From: a virus
Taxonomy: Duplodnaviria > Caudoviricetes
Direction: 5' to 3' (one strand)
DNA: 64,000 nucleotides
Virus record (IMG/VR): IMGVR_UViG_3300021957_000014
Span: 1-64,000 of that record
Shown: one piece after another, positions 55,608 through 63,600 of the stretch
Position numbering within the stretch: the stretch's first letter is position 1
Layout of the letters: each line of letters starts with the position of its first letter
The notes under the pieces: model-generated
The model's database searches: none
What the model was told of the DNA's origin: nothing
The model's input: the letters and a program-made list of their open reading frames with translations, nothing else
Made by a program: the position numbers and the translations under genes

Positions 55608-56868
55608 TGTCTGTTTCCTCTGTTGTTGCTTCTTCCTTGTATGGATGGACTGGTGCTTCTGCACTATCTAAGACTCCTTCCTTTACTGGTTCGAAGTATT
55701 CGTTTTCTAAATGATAATGTAACCAAAATGCAGCTCCAACTGCAGTACCACCATCATGGGGTACAGGGTCAACGAATATATTTAATTCGGGAAACTCTTG
55801 TAGGTATCTGTAATTGTTTGTACAGTTTAATGAGAAGCCACCACTGAGAACTAAGTTCTTACAGTCGGGATTTAATTCTACTGCACGTCTGATAACATTA
55901 CATGCATTCTTAAATGATTCTTCCTCACACATCTGTGCAACGATATGTCTATCAAACCTATCGGGTCTGTCTTCGTATAGTCTTCCGTATGATGCCATAC
56001 CCATGACTTTACCCGCTGCACGTCCATGAATGTCTGCACCGAAGGCATAACTCATGTTACTGAAGTTCATACCGCTAGAAGGGAAGCTAGTGAACGTAAC
56101 AGGCAGTCCATCAATCTCTGTCTCTAAGTCTGTGAGACAATGAGCTGAGTCGTAGTACATGTTAGGAAAGAACGTATTGGATACGTCACCTAACATACGG
56201 TGATTAGACATCTTCTTCCACTGGGGAACAATAGTCTTAGTGTCAAAGTCACACTTCCAAATAGATTCAATCTCTTGATAGTTCGGATGTGTTTCATGAT
56301 AACACTTAGCACCACCACCATCCCATGCAATAGCCATTGCATCCTCACCCTTGTCAAAGAAAGGACTGAGATAATATCCACTGTATGCATGATACATGTG
56401 ATGTTCTGTGTCAAAGTGATACTGGTCTACATCAAAGAACTGTTTACACATCTCATCATGAATGGTTTCATCCATTTCTTCGTGCCAGTCTTGTTTGAGT
56501 CCCACTTTGGGATAGGCTTTAATTAATTCTTGGATTCTTGCTTCGGTTAATTGTTCCTTTGCAAGTTCATCTGCAAACTCTTGTGCAATGAGACGATTAT
56601 CCATAAGATAATCTAAGTCCATTTCAAGTTTCATGTCACGTCTATCGAACGATGCAAAGATTAACTCTCCCTTTACATTGCCTTCATCGTCTACCAATGA
56701 GTCTGCAAGACCTTTAGAGTCGATTACATGTAGGTGGGGGGACTCTAAAGTCGGTGAATAATACTTATCACGTCTTTCTCTTTCTTCTTCGAAGAGTTCT
56801 ACGACTTCTCCGTCTTCCATAATACATAAACTGGTATCATGGCTGGAATTAATTCCAATTATTCTCAT
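55600..56868 (-). CDS. Carbamoyltransferase N-terminal (Kae1-like) domain, stand-alone gene
   Basis: IIGIN.SHD, EEER..R.K, HH..HA, DGGG, GKVMGMASYG, SGG..LNC..N, P.PHDGG.AVGAA. Confidence 0.9.
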   Translation of the reverse strand: MRIIGINSSHDTSLCIMEDGEVVELFEEERERRDKYYSPTLESPHLHVIDSKGLADSLVDDEGNVKGELIFASFDRRDMKLEMDLDYLMDNRLIAQEFADELAKEQLTEARIQELIKAYPKVGLKQDWHEEMDETIHDEMCKQFFDVDQYHFDTEHHMYHAYSGYYLSPFFDKGEDAMAIAWDGGGAKCYHETHPNYQEIESIWKCDFDTKTIVPQWKKMSNHRMLGDVSNTFFPNMYYDSAHCLTDLETEIDGLPVTFTSFPSSGMNFSNMSYAFGADIHGRAAGKVMGMASYGRLYEDRPDRFDRHIVAQMCEEESFKNACNVIRRAVELNPDCKNLVLSGGFSLNCTNNYRYLQEFPELNIFVDPVPHDGGTAVGAAFWLHYHLENEYFEPVKEGVLDSAEAPVHPYKEEATTEETDSE

Positions 56869-56889
56869 AATATATCCTTGGTGTTGTTT

Positions 56890-57063
56890 CTACTTTTCTT
56901 TTAATCGTTCGTAGAAGGTTATTATTTGCTGTGGGTCGACAATATTGTCGTCCATGAGCGTTTGAAGTAGTTCTGCATGTCCATGTTTGACACCACTACG
57001 GTGTACGAAATAGACTAGTGCTAGGATAAATCCTAAATGAATCAATATTAATTCTATACTCAT
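56890..57063 (-). CDS. Small membrane-anchored protein (57 aa, not in track)
   Basis: MSIELILIHLGFILALVYFVHRSG...; AAGGAG RBS. Confidence 0.6.
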   Translation of the reverse strand: MSIELILIHLGFILALVYFVHRSGVKHGHAELLQTLMDDNIVDPQQIITFYERLKEK

Positions 57064-57079
57064 GGTTTTATTTATCTCC

Positions 57080-57202
57080 TTAAAATTTAAAGTATTTTTT
57101 GATTAAATAATCAATGTAAAATACGAGACCAACCCATGCAACACCGCTACCGACAAATGCAATGACATAAAACGGTAACAAATACCAATCAAAGATACTC
57201 AT
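57080..57202 (-). CDS. Small TM peptide (40 aa, not in track)
   Basis: MSIFDWYLLPFYVIAFVGSGVAWVGLVFYIDYLIKKYFKF; overlaps the upstream stop. Confidence 0.5.
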   Translation of the reverse strand: MSIFDWYLLPFYVIAFVGSGVAWVGLVFYIDYLIKKYFKF

Positions 57203-57356
57203 TATCGAGAAACTCCCTTATTTTTGTAAGATTATAGTACAATGAAGAGTAGACTCGGGTACTATTCGGTGTCTCCACAATAAAACGTGGAATGCCAGCG
57301 GGTGAACGGTCTTGAAATATCCTACAACCTAGGTAGGATTCTAATAATAGTCTCAT
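57189..57356 (-). CDS. Hypothetical protein
   Basis: Start MRLLLES after GAGG. Confidence 0.6.
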   Translation of the reverse strand: MRLLLESYLGCRIFQDRSPAGIPRFIVETPNSTRVYSSLYYNLTKIREFLDNEYL

Positions 57357-57357
57357 G

Positions 57358-57546
57358 TTATACTTCCTCATCGATGATTGAACCCTTGGATGGTACGTCT
57401 GCACCAATTTCATTTATATAGGGGACTTTATTTTGATTATACATTGCTTCATGTTCTTTATTCATTCTATCTGCTGTTCGTTGCATACTTTCTTCCAACA
57501 TTTTTTCGAAATGTTTATCTAATTTTGCAAGTATCCAACTGAACAT
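57358..57546 (-). CDS. Hypothetical protein
   Basis: 62 aa, GGAG RBS. Confidence 0.6.
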   Translation of the reverse strand: MFSWILAKLDKHFEKMLEESMQRTADRMNKEHEAMYNQNKVPYINEIGADVPSKGSIIDEEV

Positions 57547-57548
57547 GA

Positions 57549-57851
57549 TTATCTCCCTATGTGTTTCACCTCTGAACGTGGTATCACTTGGTAGGCACCC
57601 TTATTATAAGACGGTGCAATGGTATACTCGGACGAGATACGTTGTCGTTCTTCTTTACTTAGGGTATTTAGAGTCTTAGGACTGTCCACACCACACGCCG
57701 ACGGATAGTATACACTCTCACGCACGTAAGGAGCTACCGTTTTCACACTCGTCTCCCAATTATAATCCTTAGCGGTCTTAGTACGAACCTTCCAAGCATT
57801 CGTCTTACGTTTCTTACCACTAAAAGAGTGTGTCATAGAACCCTGTCTCAT
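57549..57851 (-). CDS. Conserved basic hypothetical protein
   Basis: IAP.YNKG.YQ motif seen in T4-like phages. Confidence 0.7.
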   Translation of the reverse strand: MRQGSMTHSFSGKKRKTNAWKVRTKTAKDYNWETSVKTVAPYVRESVYYPSACGVDSPKTLNTLSKEERQRISSEYTIAPSYNKGAYQVIPRSEVKHIGR

Positions 57852-57852
57852 A

Positions 57853-58155
57853 TTATTTCCCCTGTACACACATAGTGTACTGTTCTAGAGTGCCTGGTCT
57901 TATTAACCACTCACACCTCTGAGTATTCTGTTTGTAATCTTTAGGTTTATGGTAGGGTGATACCAAGTCTTTATGCAATGTATCTAATATTATTATAGAG
58001 TCTTTGATATCTTTAGGTTTCGAAACGTCTTCGAGTATCTTCACACTACGTTCTAAACGTTTAAGGTCTTCCACAGCATCCAATACATCCCAAAAGTCTG
58101 CATAAGAATGGGTAGGTATCAGTAGCAATGTAAGTATTAATAATTTGTATTTCAT
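57853..58155 (-). CDS. Secreted/periplasmic hypothetical protein
   Basis: Signal peptide MKYKLLILTLLLIPTHSYA. Confidence 0.65.
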   Translation of the reverse strand: MKYKLLILTLLLIPTHSYADFWDVLDAVEDLKRLERSVKILEDVSKPKDIKDSIIILDTLHKDLVSPYHKPKDYKQNTQRCEWLIRPGTLEQYTMCVQGK

Positions 58156-58266
58156 AAGTCTATTATACCATAAAACTGGGGGGATGGGAATACGGTTTCA
58201 CGCATGTCGTGTAAGTATTTGTGGACTTGGTGATGTTCGATTCCCTGTCCCCTTCCCGAGTGAGTG

Positions 58267-58497
58267 CTATGATGCACCACCCCTATTATAAAAATGTCTA
58301 CGTATGATATACACACGTGTGTATGCAACGACTGTCATCCATGCAGTGATAGTAGTACCTATCTGCAGTGGGGAAGTCATTTCTAGTCTCTCTATGCATA
58401 TGTATAACCCAAATAGATTCAGTGGGTAATTAATTAACAAGCCAGTGAAGACTGTAGTAAATGTTTCTTTGTGTATTCTTCGTGATTTCTCTGACAT
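58267..58497 (-). CDS. Small membrane protein
   Basis: Likely start MSEKSRR; two TM segments, R.Y.IRR.F tail. Confidence 0.65.
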   Translation of the reverse strand: MSEKSRRIHKETFTTVFTGLLINYPLNLFGLYICIERLEMTSPLQIGTTITAWMTVVAYTRVYIIRRHFYNRGGAS

Positions 58498-58629
58498 ATA
58501 AAAAGGTCTTAAGGTTAAAAATTTACCCGAAAAAAAAATTCTCGGTAGTAGTATAGAATGCTTCACAGAGCTATAGAGGTAGGGGGTTGAGTTGCTGCCC
58601 AGATACCCTAGGAGTCCCACAGCACTGTT

Positions 58630-58803
58630 CTAAGAGGCTTTCCGTAGTTCGACTACGTGTTTGTACTCCTCTAACTCTGCACACAGTCTGAGCGCCTCTG
58701 AGAGACTCACAGGTTTCACCGTACGCTTAAGCAGTTCATGTGACCCATCTATGTTGGTCACCTTCGTATCTATACTGTATACATCTACAGTATTCCATTG
58801 CAT
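58630..58803 (-). CDS. Small early protein (57 aa, not in track)
   Basis: MQWNTVDVYS...ELRKAS; GGAG RBS; promoter TTGACA-17-TATAAT at 58817-58845. Confidence 0.6.
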   Translation of the reverse strand: MQWNTVDVYSIDTKVTNIDGSHELLKRTVKPVSLSEALRLCAELEEYKHVVELRKAS

Positions 58804-58854
58804 AGGTTAACTCTCCATTATAACATACTTTGATGCTCTTGTCAAGGCCCTCGT

Positions 58855-58990
58855 AAACCCTTATATAGCAGGGCCTAGAGGGGTGGCGCTTCTCATCGCC
58901 ACGCGTGCTTTCGGTAACAACCCACTGAGACTTAACTCATAGCAATCCACGGTACAATTCTCAGTTCAACTCCCGTACATATAAAGTATA
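58855..58990 (-). ncRNA. Candidate small RNA with its own promoter
   Basis: TTGACA-17-TATACT at 58996-59024, followed by ORF-free GC-rich hairpins ACTGAGA/TCTCAGT and GTGGCG/CGCCAC. Confidence 0.45.
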
Positions 58991-59031
58991 CACCTAGTAT
59001 AACATATCAGCACCTGCCTGTCAACTGGCTC

Positions 59032-59241
59032 TTAGTGGAATACACGCTTGATTCCATCCAGTACCAACCAATCGATGTCTATAGCACCAATGACTCTTAT
59101 GCCAGTACGGTCTTCAACCATCTCCATAGCGGTATCCCAGCCGTCTGTACTCTGCATAACATAGTGAACTTCCCACTCATTCAATTCAATCTCTACAGGC
59201 TGGTTAGTAGCAATGTGAGTACCAATAATTCCGTGTCTCAT
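59032..59241 (-). CDS. Small early protein
   Basis: 69 aa, ATGA-coupled to the upstream peptide. Confidence 0.65.
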   Translation of the reverse strand: MRHGIIGTHIATNQPVEIELNEWEVHYVMQSTDGWDTAMEMVEDRTGIRVIGAIDIDWLVLDGIKRVFH

Positions 59242-59336
59242 AGTATTTCCCCTAGCGTAATAAGAACCAATAGTCCTATAACAGGTTGAATGAAGTCTGC
59301 ATCAAGCAGTCCGTGTTGTTTAATAATCTTTATCAT
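59238..59336 (-). CDS. Small hydrophobic peptide (32 aa, not in track)
   Basis: MIKIIKQHGLLDADFIQPVIGLLVLITLGEIL, directly after TTGACA-17-TATAAT (59343-59371). Confidence 0.5.
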   Translation of the reverse strand: MIKIIKQHGLLDADFIQPVIGLLVLITLGEIL

Positions 59337-59667
59337 ACGCATATTATACCAAGATAGCGGTGCATTGTCAAGGCTTCTCGCCGAAGTTCTGCGGATTTCT
59401 TTGCAGTGCTAGATGACCAGCACGACAGGCACTCGGAGTTTCCCTAGCGAAATCAATGCGCCAGCCTTGCTATTACGGGCTTTCTGTGTTATACTGTAGC
59501 CCCTCTGAAACCCTCTGAGGTGCCTTGACTCCGAACTAAATCTCTGATTAACCTCTCCGAACACAAGCACTCAAACCCACTTTATTCCACTTTCTCCCAT
59601 CAAGTCTAAATACCATTATTATTACACACTTTACCACACTATACCACACATTATATTAGAGACCACC

Positions 59668-60306
59668 ATGATACCCTTTGAATTATATTCCATATCCCCT
59701 TCTATCAACGATTACGGACACATATACTCCATACCTAACTACTACACCCCCTCTGAGATGTCTTCTGTACAGTCTCAAATACAGTCTCATATGGACAAAG
59801 CATCCTATAACTCAGTACCCTTAGAAGCATGGCCGTCTCTACGTGTTGACCTATTTGATAACAAACAACCATTCGTTTCTGAGAAGTCTCAATGGTTATT
59901 AGATAATTGGTCTGAGATACATGAGTTGACCTATACGGATGATATAGAGTACTTTAGGAATGGGTCATGTGTACCCGAACATGTACAAGAGTCTGCACGT
60001 GGTACTGGTGGTGGTAATCGTTTGTATCCCTCTCATAATGATAGAGGTGCTTTGAAGTTATTGACTATTCTAGTTCCTCTCGTTGATGTTGGATGTCCTA
60101 CTCGCTTTCATGGTCGTAAGGAAAATTCTCAGCTCGAGTCTCGTGTATGGTGTCACGAATGGGCGTTGAATAATGCGTATATGTTTAGACCTTCTGAGAG
60201 GTCATATCATTCGTATCAGAATACCATGGGTATTGATAGGTGGATTAGTAATATTAATTTGTGTGGTCGACTTGAGAATGGTCAACAAGTCAATGATGGG
60301 TATTAG
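59668..60306 (+). CDS. 2OG-Fe(II) oxygenase-like protein
   Basis: HxD (PSHND), distal H (SYHSY), R...N.N strand. Confidence 0.7.
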   Translation: MIPFELYSISPSINDYGHIYSIPNYYTPSEMSSVQSQIQSHMDKASYNSVPLEAWPSLRVDLFDNKQPFVSEKSQWLLDNWSEIHELTYTDDIEYFRNGSCVPEHVQESARGTGGGNRLYPSHNDRGALKLLTILVPLVDVGCPTRFHGRKENSQLESRVWCHEWALNNAYMFRPSERSYHSYQNTMGIDRWISNINLCGRLENGQQVNDGY

Positions 60307-61016
60307 TCTCTACTGACTTCTATATGGAGAAAGTTACGTAGCCCTTCCACGTGGTTGTATACTTCTTTGGATTCTAGGGATGTATTCGTGAAGTGTCCGT
60401 CTAGGTGTATGTCGAATGCTTGAGACATTCTAGGCTCCTGTCTCGTGTTAGAGTCTACGGAATGCACGATGAGTGGACTGAATAGATGCAAGTCACCTCT
60501 GATATTCTCTACCCAACCTTTGCCTTGATAGTAAGTACCGTATTCTCTATGGTCGTTATCACTAAGGAATACATTACCGCTAATCATGTGTTGTCTACAA
60601 TCGTCTTCTGCGTGTTTATGTTCTTGAATAGTTACCCATTCGTATTGTCCTGTCTGTTCCATATCCATCGCTGCATGTCGATGGGGTTTAATGCCTTCTC
60701 CTTTGTCCCATAGGTTGCACCATGATTTTATAAACACATCGTTCACGTCTCGTGTGTCTATCTGTTCCATGATTCTTTGTACTAGGTTGATACCTAGGTT
60801 GTCTTCTATGAGGGGTATCCAGTTGAAGGTTGAATGGAGTGCGGTGAGTCCTGTGTATCCATTCGAATCAGCCCATACAGACGAATCGGGAGAATGCTCC
60901 CGAATTAAGTCGTCTGAATGTTCTGAAATAAGTTCACAGATTGAATTGCATTCTTGGTCTGTATAGAACTTGGGGATGACTATGTGATAGTCTTCGGATT
61001 GTCTTATAGAACCCAT
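60303..61016 (-). CDS. 2OG-Fe(II) oxygenase (TIGR02466-like)
   Basis: SWCN, PHRH, SGNVFL, G.L.LF....HSV, R.S.AFD. Confidence 0.8.
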   Translation of the reverse strand: MGSIRQSEDYHIVIPKFYTDQECNSICELISEHSDDLIREHSPDSSVWADSNGYTGLTALHSTFNWIPLIEDNLGINLVQRIMEQIDTRDVNDVFIKSWCNLWDKGEGIKPHRHAAMDMEQTGQYEWVTIQEHKHAEDDCRQHMISGNVFLSDNDHREYGTYYQGKGWVENIRGDLHLFSPLIVHSVDSNTRQEPRMSQAFDIHLDGHFTNTSLESKEVYNHVEGLRNFLHIEVSRD

Positions 61017-61879
61017 AGTTGTAGATATCTATCCGTAGTAGGACACGCATCACCTTTAAGATGTACGAAACTACATTGTTGACTGATATCTCTGTACTCG
61101 TGTTCGAACTCGATGAACCTTGCTTGTTGGTCTCCACCTAGTCCTCTCCATTCTCCTTCATTCTCGAATGATGGTCGTACATTGGTTTCCCATTTCTGAT
61201 TCATGTCGATGTTTGCAAACTCATCACCGATTACATATTGACCTACGATACCATGGTTAGTGTTTAACACCATACCGCTGTTCTCTGCAATTTGGTCTTC
61301 GATGTATTGCTGTACGTTTGAACCATACTTTTCTTGAATGCCTGCTTTGTCGGCTAGGAAATTGTCAATAATGTATTTTGCATCACCTTGTACCCATCCA
61401 CAGAAATGTGGGAAATACTGAGTATCACCGTCTTCCATCCAGTTTCTTTCTTGATAGAAGAAAGAGGTGTTGTTCTCTTTGATGGATGCTGTTTCTTCAT
61501 CGGTGAATGTGAAATTGCATTCGTCTGTAGTACCTTTAGAAGGTAATCCTTCATAGATAACAGATGTACACATTTGTCTTGCAACAACTTTTGCATTGAT
61601 ATATGTGCATTTGGATTCATCTCTGAGTCCTTTCATGTCACCGTCAAATAACAAAGCCTGATACCATTCATCATGAATGATTTCGGGGTCTTTCATTAGT
61701 GGGATGACTCGGATGCCTTCGTCAAGACCTGTAGGGTCATCAGTATAACAAGACAACCTTGCAATAGTCATACCGTCATTGGATAGACTTCTCTGTCTAT
61801 CAAGAGACAGCTTCAATCGGTTTACATCATCGGATGTAACACCTAGACCATCGGTCTTAATCGTAATCACTTCAAACAT
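61004..61879 (-). CDS. Glycosyltransferase-like protein (possibly degenerate)
   Basis: V.RL...L, CYTDDP.GL...I.VIPL, W....LF N-terminus of a marine phage GT-A family; canonical DxD not seen. Confidence 0.55.
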   Translation of the reverse strand: MFEVITIKTDGLGVTSDDVNRLKLSLDRQRSLSNDGMTIARLSCYTDDPTGLDEGIRVIPLMKDPEIIHDEWYQALLFDGDMKGLRDESKCTYINAKVVARQMCTSVIYEGLPSKGTTDECNFTFTDEETASIKENNTSFFYQERNWMEDGDTQYFPHFCGWVQGDAKYIIDNFLADKAGIQEKYGSNVQQYIEDQIAENSGMVLNTNHGIVGQYVIGDEFANIDMNQKWETNVRPSFENEGEWRGLGGDQQARFIEFEHEYRDISQQCSFVHLKGDACPTTDRYLQLWVL

Positions 61880-61933
61880 TTAAAACTCCTATAAAAATAA
61901 TATATTTGATTTGTTCCATTTATTTAGGGATAT

Positions 61934-61983
61934 AAAAAAACCCTTCATACTTCTATTATAAGATATATGAAGGGTCTCGTCAA
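61934..61983 (-). terminator. Terminator hairpin overlapping a sigma70-like promoter
   Basis: CCCTTCATA...TATGAAGGG plus T7; TTGACG-17-TATAAT lies within it. Confidence 0.65.
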
Positions 61984-61987
61984 TTGG

Positions 61988-62101
61988 CTATTTAAACATT
62001 TCTTGTACAAGAACGTGTACGTCACCACTCTTCATCATATCGTTAAATTTGTCTGCTAGTGTCCTAAGATACGAGGCAGACAATGATGCGTAATGTTGCA
62101 T
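61988..62101 (-). CDS. Small protein (37 aa, not in track)
   Basis: MQHYASLSASYLRTLADKFNDMMKSGDVHVLVQEMFK; AGGAG RBS and own terminator. Confidence 0.6.
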   Translation of the reverse strand: MQHYASLSASYLRTLADKFNDMMKSGDVHVLVQEMFK

Positions 62102-62231
62102 TTTTATCTCCTATATTTGTTGTAGCAATCTGATACTCGGACTTCGAACTTAATCTACTTACTCTTGTATCGTACTTGTTACATAAGTGTGACATTTATG
62201 TGCCACACTTATATATAGGTGAATCAACAAC

Positions 62232-62873
62232 TTAGAAGTTGTATAGTAATCCTACTGATATACTATCTGCAACTTGGTCTTCGAACACATCTTGACCAAT
62301 TAAACCTGTTAAGGTAAAATTCTCATTCAAGTCATAACTCACATTGAGTTGACCGAATGTATCTTCACTGTCATATAGACCACCAATCAATGTTACGTCC
62401 ACTACTGGAATGAACCATAGGTCATATCCAATCTCAGCGTAGTTATCATTCGTATCAATATCTTGATAGTATGATAAGGATAGATTGCCTATATATGCAG
62501 CTGCATATAACTCTTCAAAAGATTCCACTGACCCATCGTATGTATATCTGATATACCCAACGTTCAATGTTACCTTGTCGGTTATAGGTAGTAATAGACC
62601 ACCATAGAAATCCGTCTCACTGGTTGCATCATCAAACTCAACGTCTGAGTTCCATGCACCAACATATAGTCCAGTTCCCTCGTGAAGAACCATACCACCG
62701 ACTGACAATGCTGGTTGGTTTCCTTGTGAGACACCTCTCCATACATAGTCTGATTTATAACCTATCTCACCAGTGAAAGAAAATGATGGTGTTGATTCCA
62801 CTACCTGTCTTTCATTTGCTAAGACTCCAAATGACATTACTGTAAACAATAATGTTGCTAATATATTTTTCAT
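62232..62873 (-). CDS. TorF/Gcw_chp (TIGR02001)-family putative outer-membrane porin
   Basis: Signal peptide, [10 protein letters not shown]...PA, G.YVG.W.S.V, E.DFY.G, terminal Y-x-F beta-signal. Confidence 0.88.
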   Translation of the reverse strand: MKNILATLLFTVMSFGVLANERQVVESTPSFSFTGEIGYKSDYVWRGVSQGNQPALSVGGMVLHEGTGLYVGAWNSDVEFDDATSETDFYGGLLLPITDKVTLNVGYIRYTYDGSVESFEELYAAAYIGNLSLSYYQDIDTNDNYAEIGYDLWFIPVVDVTLIGGLYDSEDTFGQLNVSYDLNENFTLTGLIGQDVFEDQVADSISVGLLYNF

Positions 62874-62905
62874 ATATTCTCCTTTCTTATTAATTTGATT
62901 ACTAC

Positions 62906-62981
62906 TGGTGGAGCTAGAGGGAATCGAACCCCCGACCTACTGATTGCAAACCAGTCGCTCTCCCAACTGAGCTATAGCCCC
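62906..62981 (-). tRNA. tRNA-Ala(UGC)
   Basis: GGGGCTATAGCTCAGTTGGGAGAGCG-ACTGGTT-TGC-AATCAGT-AGGTCGGGGGTTCGATTCCCTCTAGCTCCACCA; 76 nt, G3:U70, encoded CCA. Confidence 0.97.
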
Positions 62982-62986
62982 AAGTA

Positions 62987-63163
62987 TTAACCGTTATTAT
63001 TTATGTTTGGTTTGTACGACTTTTTCTTAGATTTGTAAACTCTCTTTTTTGACTCATCAACATCGGGTGTTGATTTATCATCAGCAATGTAACGACCTTT
63101 CTCGTCTCTTGCTCTAACAGTTTCGAATCCAAGGAAGTCTGTAAACTTTGTCCAAAATCCCAT
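62987..63163 (-). CDS. Small basic protein (58 aa, not in track)
   Basis: [21 protein letters not shown] motif; GAGG RBS. Confidence 0.65.
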   Translation of the reverse strand: MGFWTKFTDFLGFETVRARDEKGRYIADDKSTPDVDESKKRVYKSKKKSYKPNINNNG

Positions 63164-63176
63164 AAATTACCTCGTT

Positions 63177-63590
63177 TTAATATCTGAACCCAAATGGATT
63201 CTTATATTGTAATGCATCGGGTGTATCCTTTGCATCTCTTATACACCAATATAATGGTATAAAGTTTAAGAGTGGTATTGGAAACAATAATTGCCACCAA
63301 CCACTACGACCTCTATCATGCAATCTTCTTGCAGTCAATGTAATACTCTGTACTAGTGTTCCTAGTGTAAACAAGGCTACTAATACTCCACTCTCTCGTA
63401 GTTCTCCGAATGGTTCAAGTATACTAAAGAATGTATATCCTATTACATAATAGTCTAACGCCATCAGTCCAACCAAAATGATGGTTGCGTATAAAGTGAA
63501 CCACCAAAATTCGGGTCTGTCTGACCTTCCGTCAATATCTGTTGCTCTATCGACCAACACCGTCTTCAATGTGTCAATAATATGACTCAT
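63177..63590 (-). CDS. DUF805 inner-membrane protein
   Basis: GRS.R.EFWWF, RRLHD.GRSGWW.L, N.FG. Confidence 0.9.
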   Translation of the reverse strand: MSHIIDTLKTVLVDRATDIDGRSDRPEFWWFTLYATIILVGLMALDYYVIGYTFFSILEPFGELRESGVLVALFTLGTLVQSITLTARRLHDRGRSGWWQLLFPIPLLNFIPLYWCIRDAKDTPDALQYKNPFGFRY

Positions 63591-63600
63591 AATTATCTCC

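Noticed and set aside
42826-58620. Longest-ORF starts given in the track for several genes (43212, 44841, 45741, 46100, 46653, 52873, 55664, 57413, 58620)
   Set aside because: The extensions run through promoters or upstream genes; downstream starts with an RBS, coupling or family-typical N-termini were preferred.
58880-58970. Hammerhead ribozyme in the candidate sRNA
   Set aside because: CUGAGAA and GAAA are present, but there is no CUGAnGA core with the required three stems.
62105-62180. SAM-II/SAM-V or preQ1 riboswitch before the 37 aa gene
   Set aside because: Only loose similarity; the conserved core nucleotides do not match.
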